Positions 43,489-57,230 of a DNA stretch of 64,000 nt are shown here, piece by piece (positions within the stretch are counted from its first letter, which is position 1; every line of letters starts with the position of its first letter). Position numbers and translations under genes: made by a program. Below the pieces are notes generated by a model. The model searched no databases and was not told the DNA's origin. It saw nothing but the letters and a program-made list of their open reading frames with translations. This DNA is from Octopus sinensis (taxonomy: Eukaryota): positions 67,952,001 to 68,016,000 of the forward strand of contig NC_043004.1 in NCBI RefSeq assembly GCF_006345805.1, read 5' to 3'.

Positions 43489-43934
43489 CTAAATTGATTA
43501 TGCTTTCCGTATGTGTTTGGAAAATTTTTATGTCATATGAGTTATACACCATTCATGTTCTCTTTTTCTTTTCCTTTTTTTTATGCAAAAATACTTATTC
43601 CTCCTCGATATTAAAATTAAATAAATTATTTTTACTCCCTCCCTGTACAGTAAAGAAATCAGGTCCAATTTATGAACTTCTACTTTTCTTATTCCTTCAA
43701 ACGTGGTTACATATTGCAGTCTCAACAGCTACCAATAGCACAGCTTGTTGTCGTCATCCGGATGTTCTTGCTGTATAATATATGTATGTACGACATCTTT
43801 AGCATCAGGTGATCTGCAGCTAAGCACACACATAGTTATATTCTTTATAACCATGTTTATCATATTCCTCTCATTGCAATTCGTATTGTGGTAAGTGTTG
43901 GCCGAGAAAACTCTGCAAATGTGGGCTTGTATGA

Positions 43935-43966
<32 letters not shown>

Positions 43967-44769
43967 TATATATTATATATATATATTATATATATATATA
44001 TATATATTTATATAACACGCATTAAGTCGAAACAGGGGCAGCTGAAGAAAGGGAATGTTCCTTGTGTTGTATGTCTTGTACTCTGTTTTTTCGTTGTTAA
44101 AAAAAGTCCCTTTCCATGTTTTGTTTTTATGTTTTCGTTTCTCGTTGTGTTCTACTTTTTTTGGTAGTGCCCTGTACCCATATATGCATATATATATACA
44201 TATAGATGTAGGCATGTACATATATGTATGCAGGCATATGCTTTATTTATTAAATTGTTATTATATGACTGGACGCCACGCGTCCTCTTCCAAGTAATTA
44301 TATATATATATATATATACTAGCCGCGTCGTAACTAGTTATACAGATATCCTCTTCTTTTCAGCCTCAAAGAAACGATTCTAAGACTGATGTCCAAAAGC
44401 TGTTCTTCTTCCCTTAGCCGCCAACTGCATCCTTCTGATTTTGCAACTATTTTAAATATGTGTAAGCGTGTGTGTTTGTTTGTGTGCGCGCGTGAGTATG
44501 AGAGGTAGGGTGACAGAGATCCATAGAAAGAGAGAGAGAGAGAGTGGGTGTTGTTTTTACCCCGGGAATACCATATAATCAAAGTGGTTCCAGCTCCGTC
44601 CATCATTTTTTCTTCCTTTGTGCTCGGAACAAGCTTCATTTCCTTTTTTAATTTTACAAAAACAATGAACAGAATTTGAATGAGATTTGGCTGTTGTTCT
44701 TAGCAGGCCATTAGAACCCGCAGAAGCTAATTACATTATTTTCTATTTTAGGCATAAGGCACGAAATTT

Positions 44770-45485
44770 TGGGGGAGGGGGTCGATCGATTAAAATCGAC
44801 CCCAGTACGCAACTGGTTGTTAATTTATCTACTACGAAAAGATGGAAGGCAAAGTCGACCTCGGTGGAATTTGAACTTGGAACATAAAGACAGATGAAAT
44901 ATTGCTAAGCTTTTCTCCCGGCGTGTCAACGTTTCTTATTTTTTTATTGCCTACAAGGGGCTAAACATAGAGAGAACGAACAAGGACAGACAAAATTGAT
45001 TATATCGACCTCAGTGCGTAACTGATACTAATTTAATCGACCCTGAAAGGATGAAAGGCAAAGTCGACCTAGGCGGAATTTGAACTCAGAACGTAGCGGC
45101 AAACGAAATACGAATTGCAATGAGAGGAATTTGATAAACATGGTTATAAAGAATATAACTATGTGTGTGCTTAGCTGCAGATCACCCGATGCTAAAGATG
45201 TCGTACATACATATATTATACAGCAAGAACATCCGGATGACGACAACAAGCTGTGCTATTGGTAGATGTTGAGAAACATTTCTTTCCTACCCACAAGGAG
45301 TTAAACACAGAGACGACAAAGAAGGACAGACAAACGGATTAAGTCGATTATATCGACCCCAGTGCGTAACTGGTACTTAATTTATTGATCCCGAAATGAT
45401 GAAAGGCAAAGACAACCTCGGCGGAATTTGAACTCAGAACGTAACGGCAGGCGAAATACGGTAACGATTCTGCCAGCCCTGCCGC
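44770..45485 (-). mobile_element. Cluster of three or more SINE core units in the same orientation
   Basis: Repeated ATCGACCCCAGT..AACTG.TACT...CGAAA.GATGAAAGGCAAAG.C.ACCT.GG.GGAATTTGAAC at ~44795, ~45005 and ~45352. Confidence 0.8.
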
Positions 45486-45769
45486 CCTTTCATTCAGATC
45501 ACTTATGTATGCACACCAGCAAGAATGAATTCTAATCTGCATCAGGTGTGCAAACTCAAAGCTGAACTCATACCTCAGCGGCATTTATTATGGTGCTTTA
45601 CATTCTGAGTTCAAATCCTTCTGAGGACCTCTTCATCTTTCAGTGTTTTGGAGTTCACAAAATAAAGTATAGATCAAGTAGAGTGTATCGATATTATCAA
45701 CTAACCGAGCGATCCACCCCAAATAACTGGTTGTGTACATATATATGATATAATTCTTGGATATCCCAG

Positions 45770-45875
45770 GCACAGGCGTAGCTGTGTGGTAAGAAGCTTG
45801 CTACTTACCACTATAGCCTCGGGACACCATAGCCTTCTGAGTGAATCTGGTGGACGGAAACTGAAAGAAGCCCGT

Positions 45876-45916
<41 letters not shown>

Positions 45917-46165
45917 ATATATATGTATGTAGGTAGGTAGGTATCCACGTACGTGTGTATGTGTGTGTGCGAGCGCGTGTATGTCTATCTTTGCGTCAAT
46001 GTTTGTTCCCTATTACCGCATGACAAGATAGGGGCTTCGTCAAAAGAGACCTGTAGAATAAATATCGGGTTTAGCAATAAAGAAATACTGGGGCCGATTC
46101 ATTTGACCAAAAGTTCTTGAAGACTGTCCCCTAGAATGACCGTAGACTAATGAAACAAGTAAGAG
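45770..46165 (+). mobile_element. SINE (17188 family), internally deleted
   Basis: CAGGCGTAGCTGTGTGGTAAGAAGCTTGC head; GGAAACTGAAAGAAGCCCGTC. Confidence 0.7.
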
Positions 46166-46399
46166 ATAAATGTGAATCATTCCTATATCACATTCTCGAT
46201 ATGCTATGCCTTTTTTTTATTCTCTAAAGATATGGTTTTATGTTATCTTCAACGTAAATTCATTCTCTCCTCTTATTTAACTGTAATCCTTCACGCATCT
46301 TCATTTCTATATAAATCAATGACAGAGAAAAACAAAATTAGCTGAGCTGGGCTAATTTGCTTTATCTTCTATAATGATTTCAAATTCCGGCATGGGGCG

Positions 46400-46572
46400 C
46401 TACTTTTTTATTGGACGAGGGTTGTAGTTTATATCGTCGACCGCAGTGCTCCACTGATACTTACATTGTCAACTTCGAATTTGAACTCAGAACATAGCCC
46501 GCCAAAATAAATGTTACGGAGCACTTGCGTTTTGCCCGGTGCACTAACGATTTTGCCACTTCACCGCCTTAT
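46400..46572 (-). mobile_element. Degenerate SINE core unit
   Basis: GAATTTGAACTCAGAAC...CTAACGATTTTGCCA. Confidence 0.5.
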
Positions 46573-48511
46573 CGCCTAACTTCTGTAATACAAACAGCAA
46601 GGAATTCTCGCTCAAATTAATCGTTATCGTAATGTATATACTACAGTTAGAACCATGCAGTACTAGTTTCATTAGTTCTCATGAAAGCTATGTAGATAGG
46701 ATGATCACTGTTGAAAAGACTTTTACCATAGGCTTGTTTGATTAAAGGTAAACTTGTTCTAAATGGGATGATCTTGTTCTAAAGCGTTGGCCTGGAAAAA
46801 ACTTTGGTACGTCTGATACAACGCTAAGCAGCGTCTATTTTGGCGTTTTACGTTCTGATTTCTAACTCTACCGCGGTTTAGTTTCTTCCCCCCTTGTCTA
46901 GGTCGGTAAACTAAAGAGGATTCGTCATTGTGACAGCTAACATTCTTTGATAATGTTAAGTGCAATTAATGTCATAGGTAGTAGGTTTCTATTTTATCTA
47001 AATTCAACATTCTACCTTATTTCGACCACGAAAGCGGATATTCTATCATGTTAAACATATACATGAATATAAAACACAGTTTTCATATTCGGTTTACTGC
47101 GTCGGGCTTTATAATCAATAGGAAATTATATAATGTATTCCAGAGGAAACAAGACCCCCTTCACAGAGTAAATTACAGACTTGTGTCATATTTCTTATTT
47201 TGTTTTATAGACAAACATTTTCAAGCTGTGAGTCACCAGTTGTCTATTTTACATCTCAATACAACTTCAGCTATAATCACTGCGTGAAATACATTTTCGA
47301 TATTCAATTATTTTCCGAAACAGCTGAACCAACTCTGCAGAGATATTATACGTAATTAACAGATAAATCCCTTATGTGTAAATATGTTTCTTTGAAGCAT
47401 TTTAAAGTATAGCAATTAAATACAAAGGAAAGGATAAGAATCCATTTAAATATTATCTTTAAGGTCGGAATATTAACCTAAAGGAAAGATAAAACATATT
47501 ACGATTTGAAAAGTTCTGAAATCGTTTCGGTTTTAATTGAATACCAGTGCAGTGGTATTAAGAAAATACAGATAAGAAAGAAGTAAAATACGGAACTAAA
47601 CATATATAATAGAAAAGATAACAACATGATTTCACTCCATACAACGAGGTATATTACAGAGACGAAACGTACGTATTTTCACAATTTTTGCTTTTAGATA
47701 GACAAGCACAAAATTTATAGGAATATGAAAATAATATATTTTTTTTTTAAATACACATAAATACCTATATTCGTTTTGAAAGCTAACCAAGACCACAAAT
47801 TCTAGGTTCGTTTTAGCGTCTGTTTAACTCTTTGATCTTAACATAAATTTATAGCAAAGAACATGAATTTATCAATGATTTACATAAACACGTTTAAATT
47901 CCTTTAATGTTTTTTCAGTTGCATAGAAGAAATTATAGATGCACTAGAAATGGGTTTTTAGACATAAAAAAATATACATTCACAAAGCATGCACACATAC
48001 TTACTACTCATATATATATATATACGCACTCATATATATATATATATATAATTATGGATAGGTGAGTGCGTATGGATGTATATAGACACCACACATACAT
48101 TAAGTAACAAATAAAACGAAGTGGAAAATATTTTTTTAAATACCAGCTGAAGTGACTGTTTTATCTTCTCGCGTTGTTGCATTTTGCGTTCCTAGAAATT
48201 CAGCCCTAATAAAGGACTTGAATCCTTATTTTCCTTTATTTCGGTTGTGCCTCATTCAAAGATTGTGTATACTTGTACACATTTACATAGTAGCATATAC
48301 ATCGTTGATAAATCGCACAAGCAAACACCAACACCACGTGTGTGTTTTCATGTTTGTTTCTATGTCAAGTTATCTATAAAAACAGAACAGGTTAACATTT
48401 ATCTTTAAACTGAAGTATTACTCAATATTTATAGAAAACTACAGAATCAATTAAGTTTCCCAAGAGAAATGATTGAGATTTCTTGGCTTCGGCCTGATAT
48501 CATTCATTGAA

Positions 48512-48589
<78 letters not shown>

Positions 48590-48595
48590 GTCTAT
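48512..48595. repeat. (TATC)n, left flank of the LINE
   Basis: Direct reading. Confidence 0.98.
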
Positions 48596-48791
48596 GGACG
48601 TGCTGTCACTTCGACTCCGAAGGTAATCATTTATTTTGACTATTTATAGCTCAATTTTTGTGAGCATTTTTGTAAATAAGTTGTGTAAGGCACCCAACTT
48701 TCGTTTGAGTGCTTTTCCAAGGGAGGAATTCGCCCCTAGGGGCAGTTTCAACCCCATTTCATTTCTGTAATTTTCTTCTTGACATTAGAAA

Positions 48792-50674
48792 ATGTCTAGA
48801 AATTTTATTGTAGAACGCTGGTCGCGTTCTTTTATTGACCAGTATTTTCCTAGTTTGGAAACAATAGGAGAAAAAAAGAACGTCCGCGCGCTAAGTGCAA
48901 ATATAAATATCGGTGAAATGAACGCTGCAACCACGTGCGGTAACAACCCTGTCACCACCGCCACCACCACCACTAACAACAGCAACCACGAGACTACTAC
49001 TGCTACCACCACCACCTCCACCACCACCACCACCACTACCACGACCAACATAAATGATAAAAATAAAACTCGCACGAAAACTATTGACAAAAAAAACAGC
49101 AACAACAAGAACAACAATAAAAATGAACTATCTAATAGTGAAGATGTTAATACAAAAAAATCAACAACAGTAAATTTCGCGGACACTTCGCCAGAAGAAA
49201 GAAATAGTAACATTCACAAATGAAGAGCTCATAGAAACAAGAGCTCTGTTTACAACCCGTGGACAAGATTTAGTGCTGCATACACCTCAACATATAAAGC
49301 AAGAAATAGAAAATAAGACAATTGTATATAAAATTATTAGAAAAATCAAAAAACTAAATGAACAGATTACAAAAACTGATGTGGAAAAATGTTTAAAAAA
49401 CATAATGAAAGAAAAAGAGTATATAAACTGGGGTCCCCAGTTTAACACAGTAGTGGTCCGCTTCCCTAACCAGGAAGTGGCAAAAGCTCACTCTACTGAG
49501 TCTCTGGGAAATGATGAAATCATCATGGTCCCATACTACAAAAACCAGAGAGTGAGTCGAATCACAATTAAAAATGTACCTCCCGAGCTTCCTAACAAAT
49601 GGATAACAGGGGCAATCTGTTACCATTTAAAAAATATTAATATTTTGGAGACCGCCGTGTACCCTGGCGACATTTGGGGTGGGAAAACAATAGTGGTGAC
49701 CATCCAGATTGAGGGGGCCTCTATCGAGAGCCTACCGGATAAGATCCACTTGGAGAATGGGCAATGCCTATATGTTGTGGCAGAAGGCAAAAAGCCTAGA
49801 TGCTACAAATGTGGCAGCCCCGAACATTTGATTGCCAAGTGCGATCTGGTACAGAAAAACAAGAAAGAACAAATCAGAAAACAAATAAAATCCCTTTGTT
49901 GCCAACACCAACACCACACACTCAATTATAGAACAATGCCAAGAAAAACAACAAACCAACGACAAACCGCAAACAACATCACCAAAAAAGAAACAGTACC
50001 AACACAATCACCGTTGACTTCACAACCAATTAAACCTGTTGAATTAACAAAAAATAGACCCACACCCACACCCAGGACGACAATTAAAAAGACAGAAAAC
50101 ACTGACGAGAAGACAAATGCTACCCCTAACACCACAACAACACAAACACCGCACAAAACATCAACAATTTATACAAGCATACATAGTAATGCAAATGCTT
50201 TGCCTCTACCCCATACTTATACGTCGGACGGCGAAAGTTCGACGGAATGGCAAATAGCCACAGGGGGTAAAAGAAAAAGATCCAAAAAATCCACCAAACA
50301 AGAAGTAAAGCAGGGGATATCTAACTCAGGACAACATCCCCCTAGACAATCAAAAAAGTAATGAACCCGTAAAACCACACACACAACTAACTGCAATAGA
50401 CACAGACAATAAAGAATTAATGGACTACATCAAATCTAACATGGTCATCTGTGAAGATGACTTTAAGACAAACAATCATCCGCACACCACACCACCGCAA
50501 CACATCAGAATTTTACACATAACACAAGCACAACACCACATACTGAAAACAATATTTCCGAATGCGGTAGGCAGGTATCAACGATACCTGTCGAAAAAAC
50601 TATACAAACACCTCATCAAAAACAATAAAAAGAAGAAGAAAAAAAAAAATGAAACTTTTAAAATGAGTAAGTGA
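48792..50674 (+). CDS. LINE ORF1 (gag-like nucleic-acid-binding protein), frameshifted
   Basis: ATG at 48792; T/N-rich N-terminus; second frame open from 49174 (EIVTFTNEELIETR...) implying a frameshift in the A-run at ~49198; zinc knuckle CYKCGSPEHLIAKC; probable continuation in a third frame to 50674. Confidence 0.75.
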
Positions 50675-50731
50675 CCTCACTTCTTGCCTCTTGTCTCTTC
50701 TAATATAGCGTGTAAAACACAATTTTCGTAA

Positions 50732-53700
50732 ATGTCAAGTATGCTTAAATTAGGTTGTGTGAATGCGCGTGGCTTGGCGTCGGCTTGGAAGCAAGGTTAC
50801 CTTCTAAACGACATCAAGTCACTGGACGTGGATATAGTAGCTATCAGTGAAACCAGACTCAGTAAGCCGCGGGCCCTCGAGTCCATGTTTGGCAATCAAT
50901 TTGACATTTATTTTTCTCCCTGTCTGCCGAACATGGGTGGTGGAGGTACTGCGGTGCTTTTTCGAAAGTCTCTAAAGGTAAAAGTAAGAGCAATATTCCT
51001 AGACCCGGAGGGTAGGCTGGTTGTCTTGGAGGTGGATGGCAGAAATGGGTGTGCATTCCGTCTGATGGCAGTTTATGCACCGTCCTTAACGGGTCGGGCG
51101 GATTTCTTCAGACGTCTAGAGGTTTTCCTGGGTACGTCTAGACCTTTACTGTTAGTAGGGGATTGGAACGCTACCTTGGACACGCATCTAGATTATGTGG
51201 GAAGGGATAGGAATAGAAGGGGTGTAAGAGCCTCAAAGACCTGCTCAGACGTTTCCATTTGTCTGACAGGTTCCGACTCGACCATCCGAACGTGCCAACG
51301 TGGACTTGGACAAACCGCGTCGGATCGTCGAGATCTTATCTAGATAGAATTCTATGCAGGACAGCGGATGGGGATAGTGTAGGATGTCCACAATTTAAAA
51401 TAGTCAGCTACACAGATCACAAATTTGTTACGTGTACGCTCGACTTAGATAAAACACATAGTCAGGGTCCCGGTTACTGGAAACTGAAAACGTCGCTGTT
51501 AGCGCGACAGGTTTACAGGAACCGGATTAGCGAGTTAATTAAGAGGGCGCTGACGGGAGCGGTCGTTAACAACCGCTGGTGGTACGCCCTGAAAATGGCA
51601 ATAAAATCGGAATCAATTAGGTTTAGCAAGGAATTAGCGATAGAACGAAATAGAGTAGAGGGAGACTTAGTTAAGAAACTTACCACTGGCAGCGCAACCA
51701 AAGTGCTGGCTGCGAGGATGGCCCTCGACCAACACCTCAACGCCAAGCACGAAGGTTGCGTCGTCAGAGCTAAAATGCGTGCCTTAAGGAACGAAGGGAT
51801 TGAAGCTGCGCGAGAGGCCCGGGTAGCGGAGGCGCAGCGTGGCAACAGATCAACCATTCGGTCTCTAATAGATCAACAGGGATGCAGTTTACTCGAACCC
51901 GAAAGGATGTGTGAGGCTTTCAACAGCACTTTGCTCGACTGTTGGTGCGAGTGGTGGGTCGGAACGCGGGATGGATTTCAGTGCCTACCTGACCGACCTG
52001 CCGCGGCTCTCGGCAAGAGAAGCGGAGTGTTGTGAAAGTCCCATCACAGCCGCTGACGTGTGGGATGCGATGGCGGGCTGCGCGAGGGATAAGTCGCCTG
52101 GATTGGATGGTTTACCCTACGAGCTGTATTGTCGAATGCCAGATTGTTTGGCGACCTCTTGGCATCAGTCTACTGCAACTGGCAACAAAACGGGAGAATC
52201 CCCGGTTTCGTGAGCCGAGGTGCAGTGACGTTGCTGAAGAAAGACTCAAACAAGGGGAGTTTTATAGATAATTTCAGGCCCATCACTCTGCTCAACGCAG
52301 ATTTGAAAATTTTGGCCAAAGTAATAGCCGAGAGGTTGGCGCTTGTCATTGGTAAACTGGTCGACAGGGCGCAAACATGCGCCGTGCCGGGCAGAACCAT
52401 ACATGACAACCTCCATCTGATGCGCTACATTGTGGACAGGGTAGTTAAGGATCCTGGCATGGGTGGGCCGCTGATAAATTTGGATCAGTCTAAAGCCTTC
52501 GATAGGGTCGACCATCGGTACTTGGCGGCCGTCCTCAGGGCGGCTGGCTTCGGTCCCGTCTTCCGCGGTTGGATCGCTGCCTTGTATAGCGGCATCCGAT
52601 CGGTGATTCGGGTGAACGGTCACCTGTCGAAACCGTTTGACATCACGCGTTCGGTCCGTCAGGGGTGTCCCCTGTCGGCGCTTCTGTATGTATTGACTCT
52701 CGAGCCGCTACTGCGGAAGCTGGCGACACTGAGGGGCATCCCACGGGAACTGTGTTGCGGGACGAGCGTGTCGGCATATGCGGACGATGTCACCGTCATA
52801 GTGTCGAGCGACAAACACATCAAGATGATAGGCGAGACACTAAGAAAATACGAAACGGTGACGGGAGCAAGGATTAACCCGGAAAAGTCAGTGGGTTTGC
52901 TACTCGGCACCTGGAGAAGCAAGCCCATGCCGTCCGACTGCTGCTCAGTAGTGGGACGCTGGACGGACGGACCGGTTAAATTGCTCGGGGTCTGGTTCAG
53001 TCCGGACCTCCAAATGGATAAGAACTGGGACGAGATCACGAGTAGAGTGGTCGCTCTCAGCCAAACATGGGCCGAGAGAAAGCTGTCTCTAAAAGGCCGG
53101 GCGGAGGTGGCGAACGCGTACATCGCATCCGTCATCGATTACCCCCTGACCGTCGTACCTTGTCCCGACGCCACCATCACCAAACTGGAACGCATACTCT
53201 TCCGCTTCCTGTGGAAGGGTGGCGTTCCGATGGTGAGGAAGTCCATTTGCTGTCAACATCCGTTGAATGGAGGACTGGGCATGCCGTGGTTGATGATGCG
53301 CAGGCATGCGCTGAGACTGCGACATCTCTGGAAATTCATCGACGACGGTGAACAGTGTGGGCGCCGTTTGTGAGGCGCGACTTCCCGCAGCTCGTCTCAC
53401 TGACCGAACTGCAAACGTGGATCAAAAAGAGACCGAAACTGGGCGATTGGCACCGAGAGTGTCGCCAAGCTCTACAGCAGCTCTGCCGACCGGGGTCAAA
53501 CTTGTGCAACTTACAAACGACTAAAGCGTTCTATAGAGGACTAGTGGAGGGGAGGTCCGACGACACACTCGGGGCAAACCTGGGCGTCGACGAAGAATTC
53601 CTAACCCGCCTGTTCAGGACGACGTTCGGGCCGGGGCCTATGGATAACTTCCAGAAATCCCTGGCTTGGCAGTGCTATCGAGACGCACTACCTGTTCGAG

Positions 53701-54163
53701 AGAAGAGCTACAGACACGGTTCAAAAACCATCACCGGACCGACCTGCCCGAGATGCGGTCAGAGCGACGAAACCGTTCTGCACGCACTCGTGCAGTGTCC
53801 AGATATTTCAGAGCTGTGGTCCTTCGTCGAACAGCTGTTGTCACGTGTAGGTCAGGCTCGCCTATCGGCCGAGTCTGTCGTGAATATTGTTCCACCACCT
53901 TCCTTTAAACGGGAAGGGAAAACGGTTTTCGTTATGCTGATGGCTATGGCAAAAGAATGTGTGTGGTGGACGCGTTTGAAAGACTGCAAACAAACACCTT
54001 CCTCTCTGGTCAGTCTCTCGTCAACTTTTTCAAGTACCACTTGAAAAGGAGGATGAGAATAGAGAGGAAGGCTTTGGCGAACGAATGTTTTAATAAAAAG
54101 TGGGTAAAAGTGGCAAAAATGGTCAGTATGAAAGACGACACTATTTTAAGCATAAATCTGTAA
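50732..54163 (+). CDS. LINE ORF2: AP-endonuclease, reverse transcriptase and C-terminal Zn-binding region, split by ~6 frameshifts
   Basis: Endonuclease motifs VNARGL, ISET, VYAP, GDWN, YTDH; RT motifs KSPGLDG, FRPITLLNADLKILAK, DQSKAFDRVDH, RQGCPLS, YADD, LLGVW; C-terminal CPRC...ETVLHALVQC; spread over overlapping ORFs 50732-51343, 51259-52035, 51911-52213, 52129-53373, 53355-54044, 53957-54163. Confidence 0.92.
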
Positions 54164-54446
54164 CCAAAAGAGACAACGAGAAGTAAGGCGACTTACTCAT
54201 GTGTTCTTTTTCGAATTGCCTTGGTCTTTTTTGTAGGTTTTTCTTTCCAAGGCTACACCTAAACTGTGAACCTTATATATATATACATATTGCTTTTTTA
54301 TACACCACACAATCCACAGATCCCTATTGATCAAACGTTTTTTTTTTTTTTGTGCCCCACCCATCCCACCTCGAAAAGAAAAAATTCTACATTGTATTTC
54401 GTCCATTTTTATTCTGTGTTTAGCCCTGTGTGACTACAATAAAAAG

Positions 54447-54447
<1 letters not shown>

Positions 54448-54520
<73 letters not shown>

Positions 54521-54680
54521 GCCTGTCTATCTGTCTGTCTGTCTGTCTACCTATCTATCTATCTATTTATCTATCTATCTGTCTTTGTTTATATCTATCT
54601 GTCTGTCTATCTGTCCATTTATCTATCTGTCTTTCTGTCCGTCTATCTATTTATCTTTCTGTTTATTTATGTATCTATCT
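54448..54680. repeat. (TATC)n/(TGTC)n, right flank of the LINE
   Basis: Direct reading. Confidence 0.97.
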
Positions 54681-54773
54681 ATACCTCACTATAAATATAC
54701 GTATGTATATATGTCTGTGTATGCATATATATATATTATATATATATATTATATATATATATTATATATATAT

Positions 54774-54825
<52 letters not shown>

Positions 54826-56254
54826 TATATACACGTACCTACGTATGCATGTATGTTTTGTATGCATGTAAGTATATATATGTAATGATTCTTAAATGAC
54901 AAGCTTTATTTCATTACTATGTATAATTTGCCGTAACCAAACTTGTTATGTAGGAATCAATATATAGAGATACATGCATAAATGTCTTTGCCTTTTTGTG
55001 TTCGTTCATTTTATTTGTCTTTTCTTCGTTTGTTGTTCCCCAATTGCATGCTTTGGGTTAATGTATAATTGAGCCATTGTTTGCAGTTGGATACACTTCC
55101 CCTTCGCTAAAATCTTCCAGCGTTTTTTATTCAGTTACGTATTTGCTCTTTCACTCTTCTTCCAGAGACAGAGTTAACAATATCGGTTGAGTTGAACTGA
55201 TATCTCGACGATTTCGGAGATTCACAAATTTAAACAAATTCTCGGTTTCACACAATCGTTCACACTCTAACACAAGTATATACATAAGCAATCGTCATGC
55301 ATATTTGACTAAAATGTTTGTGGATTTCTTTAAGTTCAGGAATGCATGGAAGCAACTGTCGTTTGAGGGTTCTTCAGAGATAGCGACGAACTGTAAGACA
55401 GCGTAATACCGGGCTTGGATTTCATTAAGGAGGAATAGTAGGTGTGCAGGATGATGGAAGGAAAGTAAGATTACCTATGTGATGACCAGTGGGTCGAAAA
55501 ATCGATATAGTACTGGTTGATGACACAGAAATTAAAAACTGAGAATATGAGTTTCTGGTTGTTGTGTGATCTCGAGTGGGACTTTGCAACATACACTGAT
55601 AAAAATTGCGCAACTTTGAAGAGAAACCAAGCTATCGATTTGTGATGAATCAATATTATAGCTTTGAAGACAGAACCCAGAATTTAGGATACACTGTTAT
55701 CAATGCTAAACTGTATTAAAATATTTTAAAGTTTATGATGTGTAGTCAGTTTAATGATTTTCCATTGTGTGCTTATTGCATGAGAGAAGCGTATAATGAT
55801 ACGTTGTGTATATGTGGAAATTTTGTATTGAGTTTTGTTAAGAAGTATGTATTACTGTTCTCATACAAAGACTGTTTTAATATTTTTCTACGTCAGAAAC
55901 TATTGCAATTGTAGGAAATCGTATGTTATATACTTCATTGAATTTGAGTAAGAGAATAATGGCTACAAGACATGAAGGACATGAAGGACTGCAGAGTATG
56001 TGTTTGGGATTTTGTGCCATATGCGATGCCAGGATAAACCAATGGAATATTTCCTATGTAAGAAGGCAGCACAAACCTCGAAGATGATATTTTAATCCTA
56101 GTAACTATGACACAGAATAAGTTGTTTTTTAATGTGATATACATAGAATGTTTATAACCGAGGAAAAAATATGTCTGCAGTGATAAACCAAACGGGTTTA
56201 ACAGCAGTAGGAATAATATTGGATACGGATCTTGACGCAATGCGATCAATTACC

Positions 56255-56660
56255 GATGAAAGGCTAAGTTGATTACATCTACCTCAGTGCTCAACTGGTA
56301 TTCATTTTATCGACCCCGAAACGTTCGGAGGCAACGTCGACGTCGGAGGGATTTGAACTCAGGACAAATAGGTGGACGAGATGCTGCTATTCATTTTTCC
56401 CAGCGTGTTAACGACTCTGCCATCTCACCGCCTTAACGCAGCAGAATAATATTGGTTTCAAATTTTGTTACAAGATCAGTAATTTCAAAGGAATGATAGG
56501 TCGATTAGATCGGCTCCAGTCATCAACTGGTACTTATTTTATTGACCCCGAAAGGATGAAAGACAAATTTGTCCTCGACTTAATTTAAACTCAGAACCTA
56601 AAGATACACGAGATGCCACTAAGCATTTTGTTCGACGGTTTAACCATTCTGCCAGTTGAA
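56255..56660 (-). mobile_element. Two SINE core units
   Basis: TATCGACCCCGAAA and TATTGACCCCGAAAGGATGAAAG cores. Confidence 0.7.
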
Positions 56661-57049
56661 CAGCATTAACAGCAGAAAAATAATAGATAGAGATAAGGAG
56701 TGATAATTAGTAGCAGAGTTAATATTGTATAATATATTAACATCCTTGATATATTTACTATACTTAAATATATTACGAGAGGCACGGTTAGAATATCTTG
56801 GTTTAAATCTCTGTCACAGATCATATAGTACTAAGCAACATTATAGTACCCTTATTCAACATACCTGTTAGAAATAGTAGAAAATTCTATCAAATCGTAG
56901 TTTAATACATTTAAATTAAGATCACATTAGGTAAAGTTATTCTATCGGGCACAAGAGTTATAATTATTCATGCTACAAGAATTTTGTCCATATGTTCGCT
57001 TGATCAAAGTTCACTAATTGCTACACAATAAGTCAAAAACACTCTAGGC

Positions 57050-57230
57050 GGAGGCGTAATGGCCCAGTGGTCAAGGCATCGGTCTCGCGGTCGTAAGAAC
57101 GCGGTTTTGATTCCCAGACCGGGCATTGTGAGTGTTTATTGAGCAAAAAACCTAAGCTCCACGAGGGATGGGTGAACCCCGCTGTACTCTTTCGCCACAA
57201 CTTTCTTTCACTCTTTCTTCCTACTTCTGT
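57050..57230 (+). mobile_element. tRNA-Arg-like SINE 5' part
   Basis: GGAGGCGTAATGGCCCAGTGG...GATTCCCAGACCGGG. Confidence 0.8.

Larger units (their letters stand above)
48596..54446 (+). mobile_element. Full-length non-LTR retrotransposon, Tx1/L1 clade (5'UTR, ORF1, ORF2, 3'UTR)
   Basis: CCHC-knuckle ORF1 followed by APE endonuclease-RT-Zn ORF2; 3' end AATAAAAAG (54438-54446); (TATC)n on both flanks (48512-48595 and from 54448). Confidence 0.93.

Noticed and set aside
29875-45485. CRISPR-like repeated units
   Set aside because: They are diverged SINE multimers without unique fixed-length spacers, in eukaryotic context with no cas genes
48785-53857. Antisense and alternate-frame ORFs within the LINE
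   Set aside because: Shadow ORFs of the GC-rich or low-complexity coding strand
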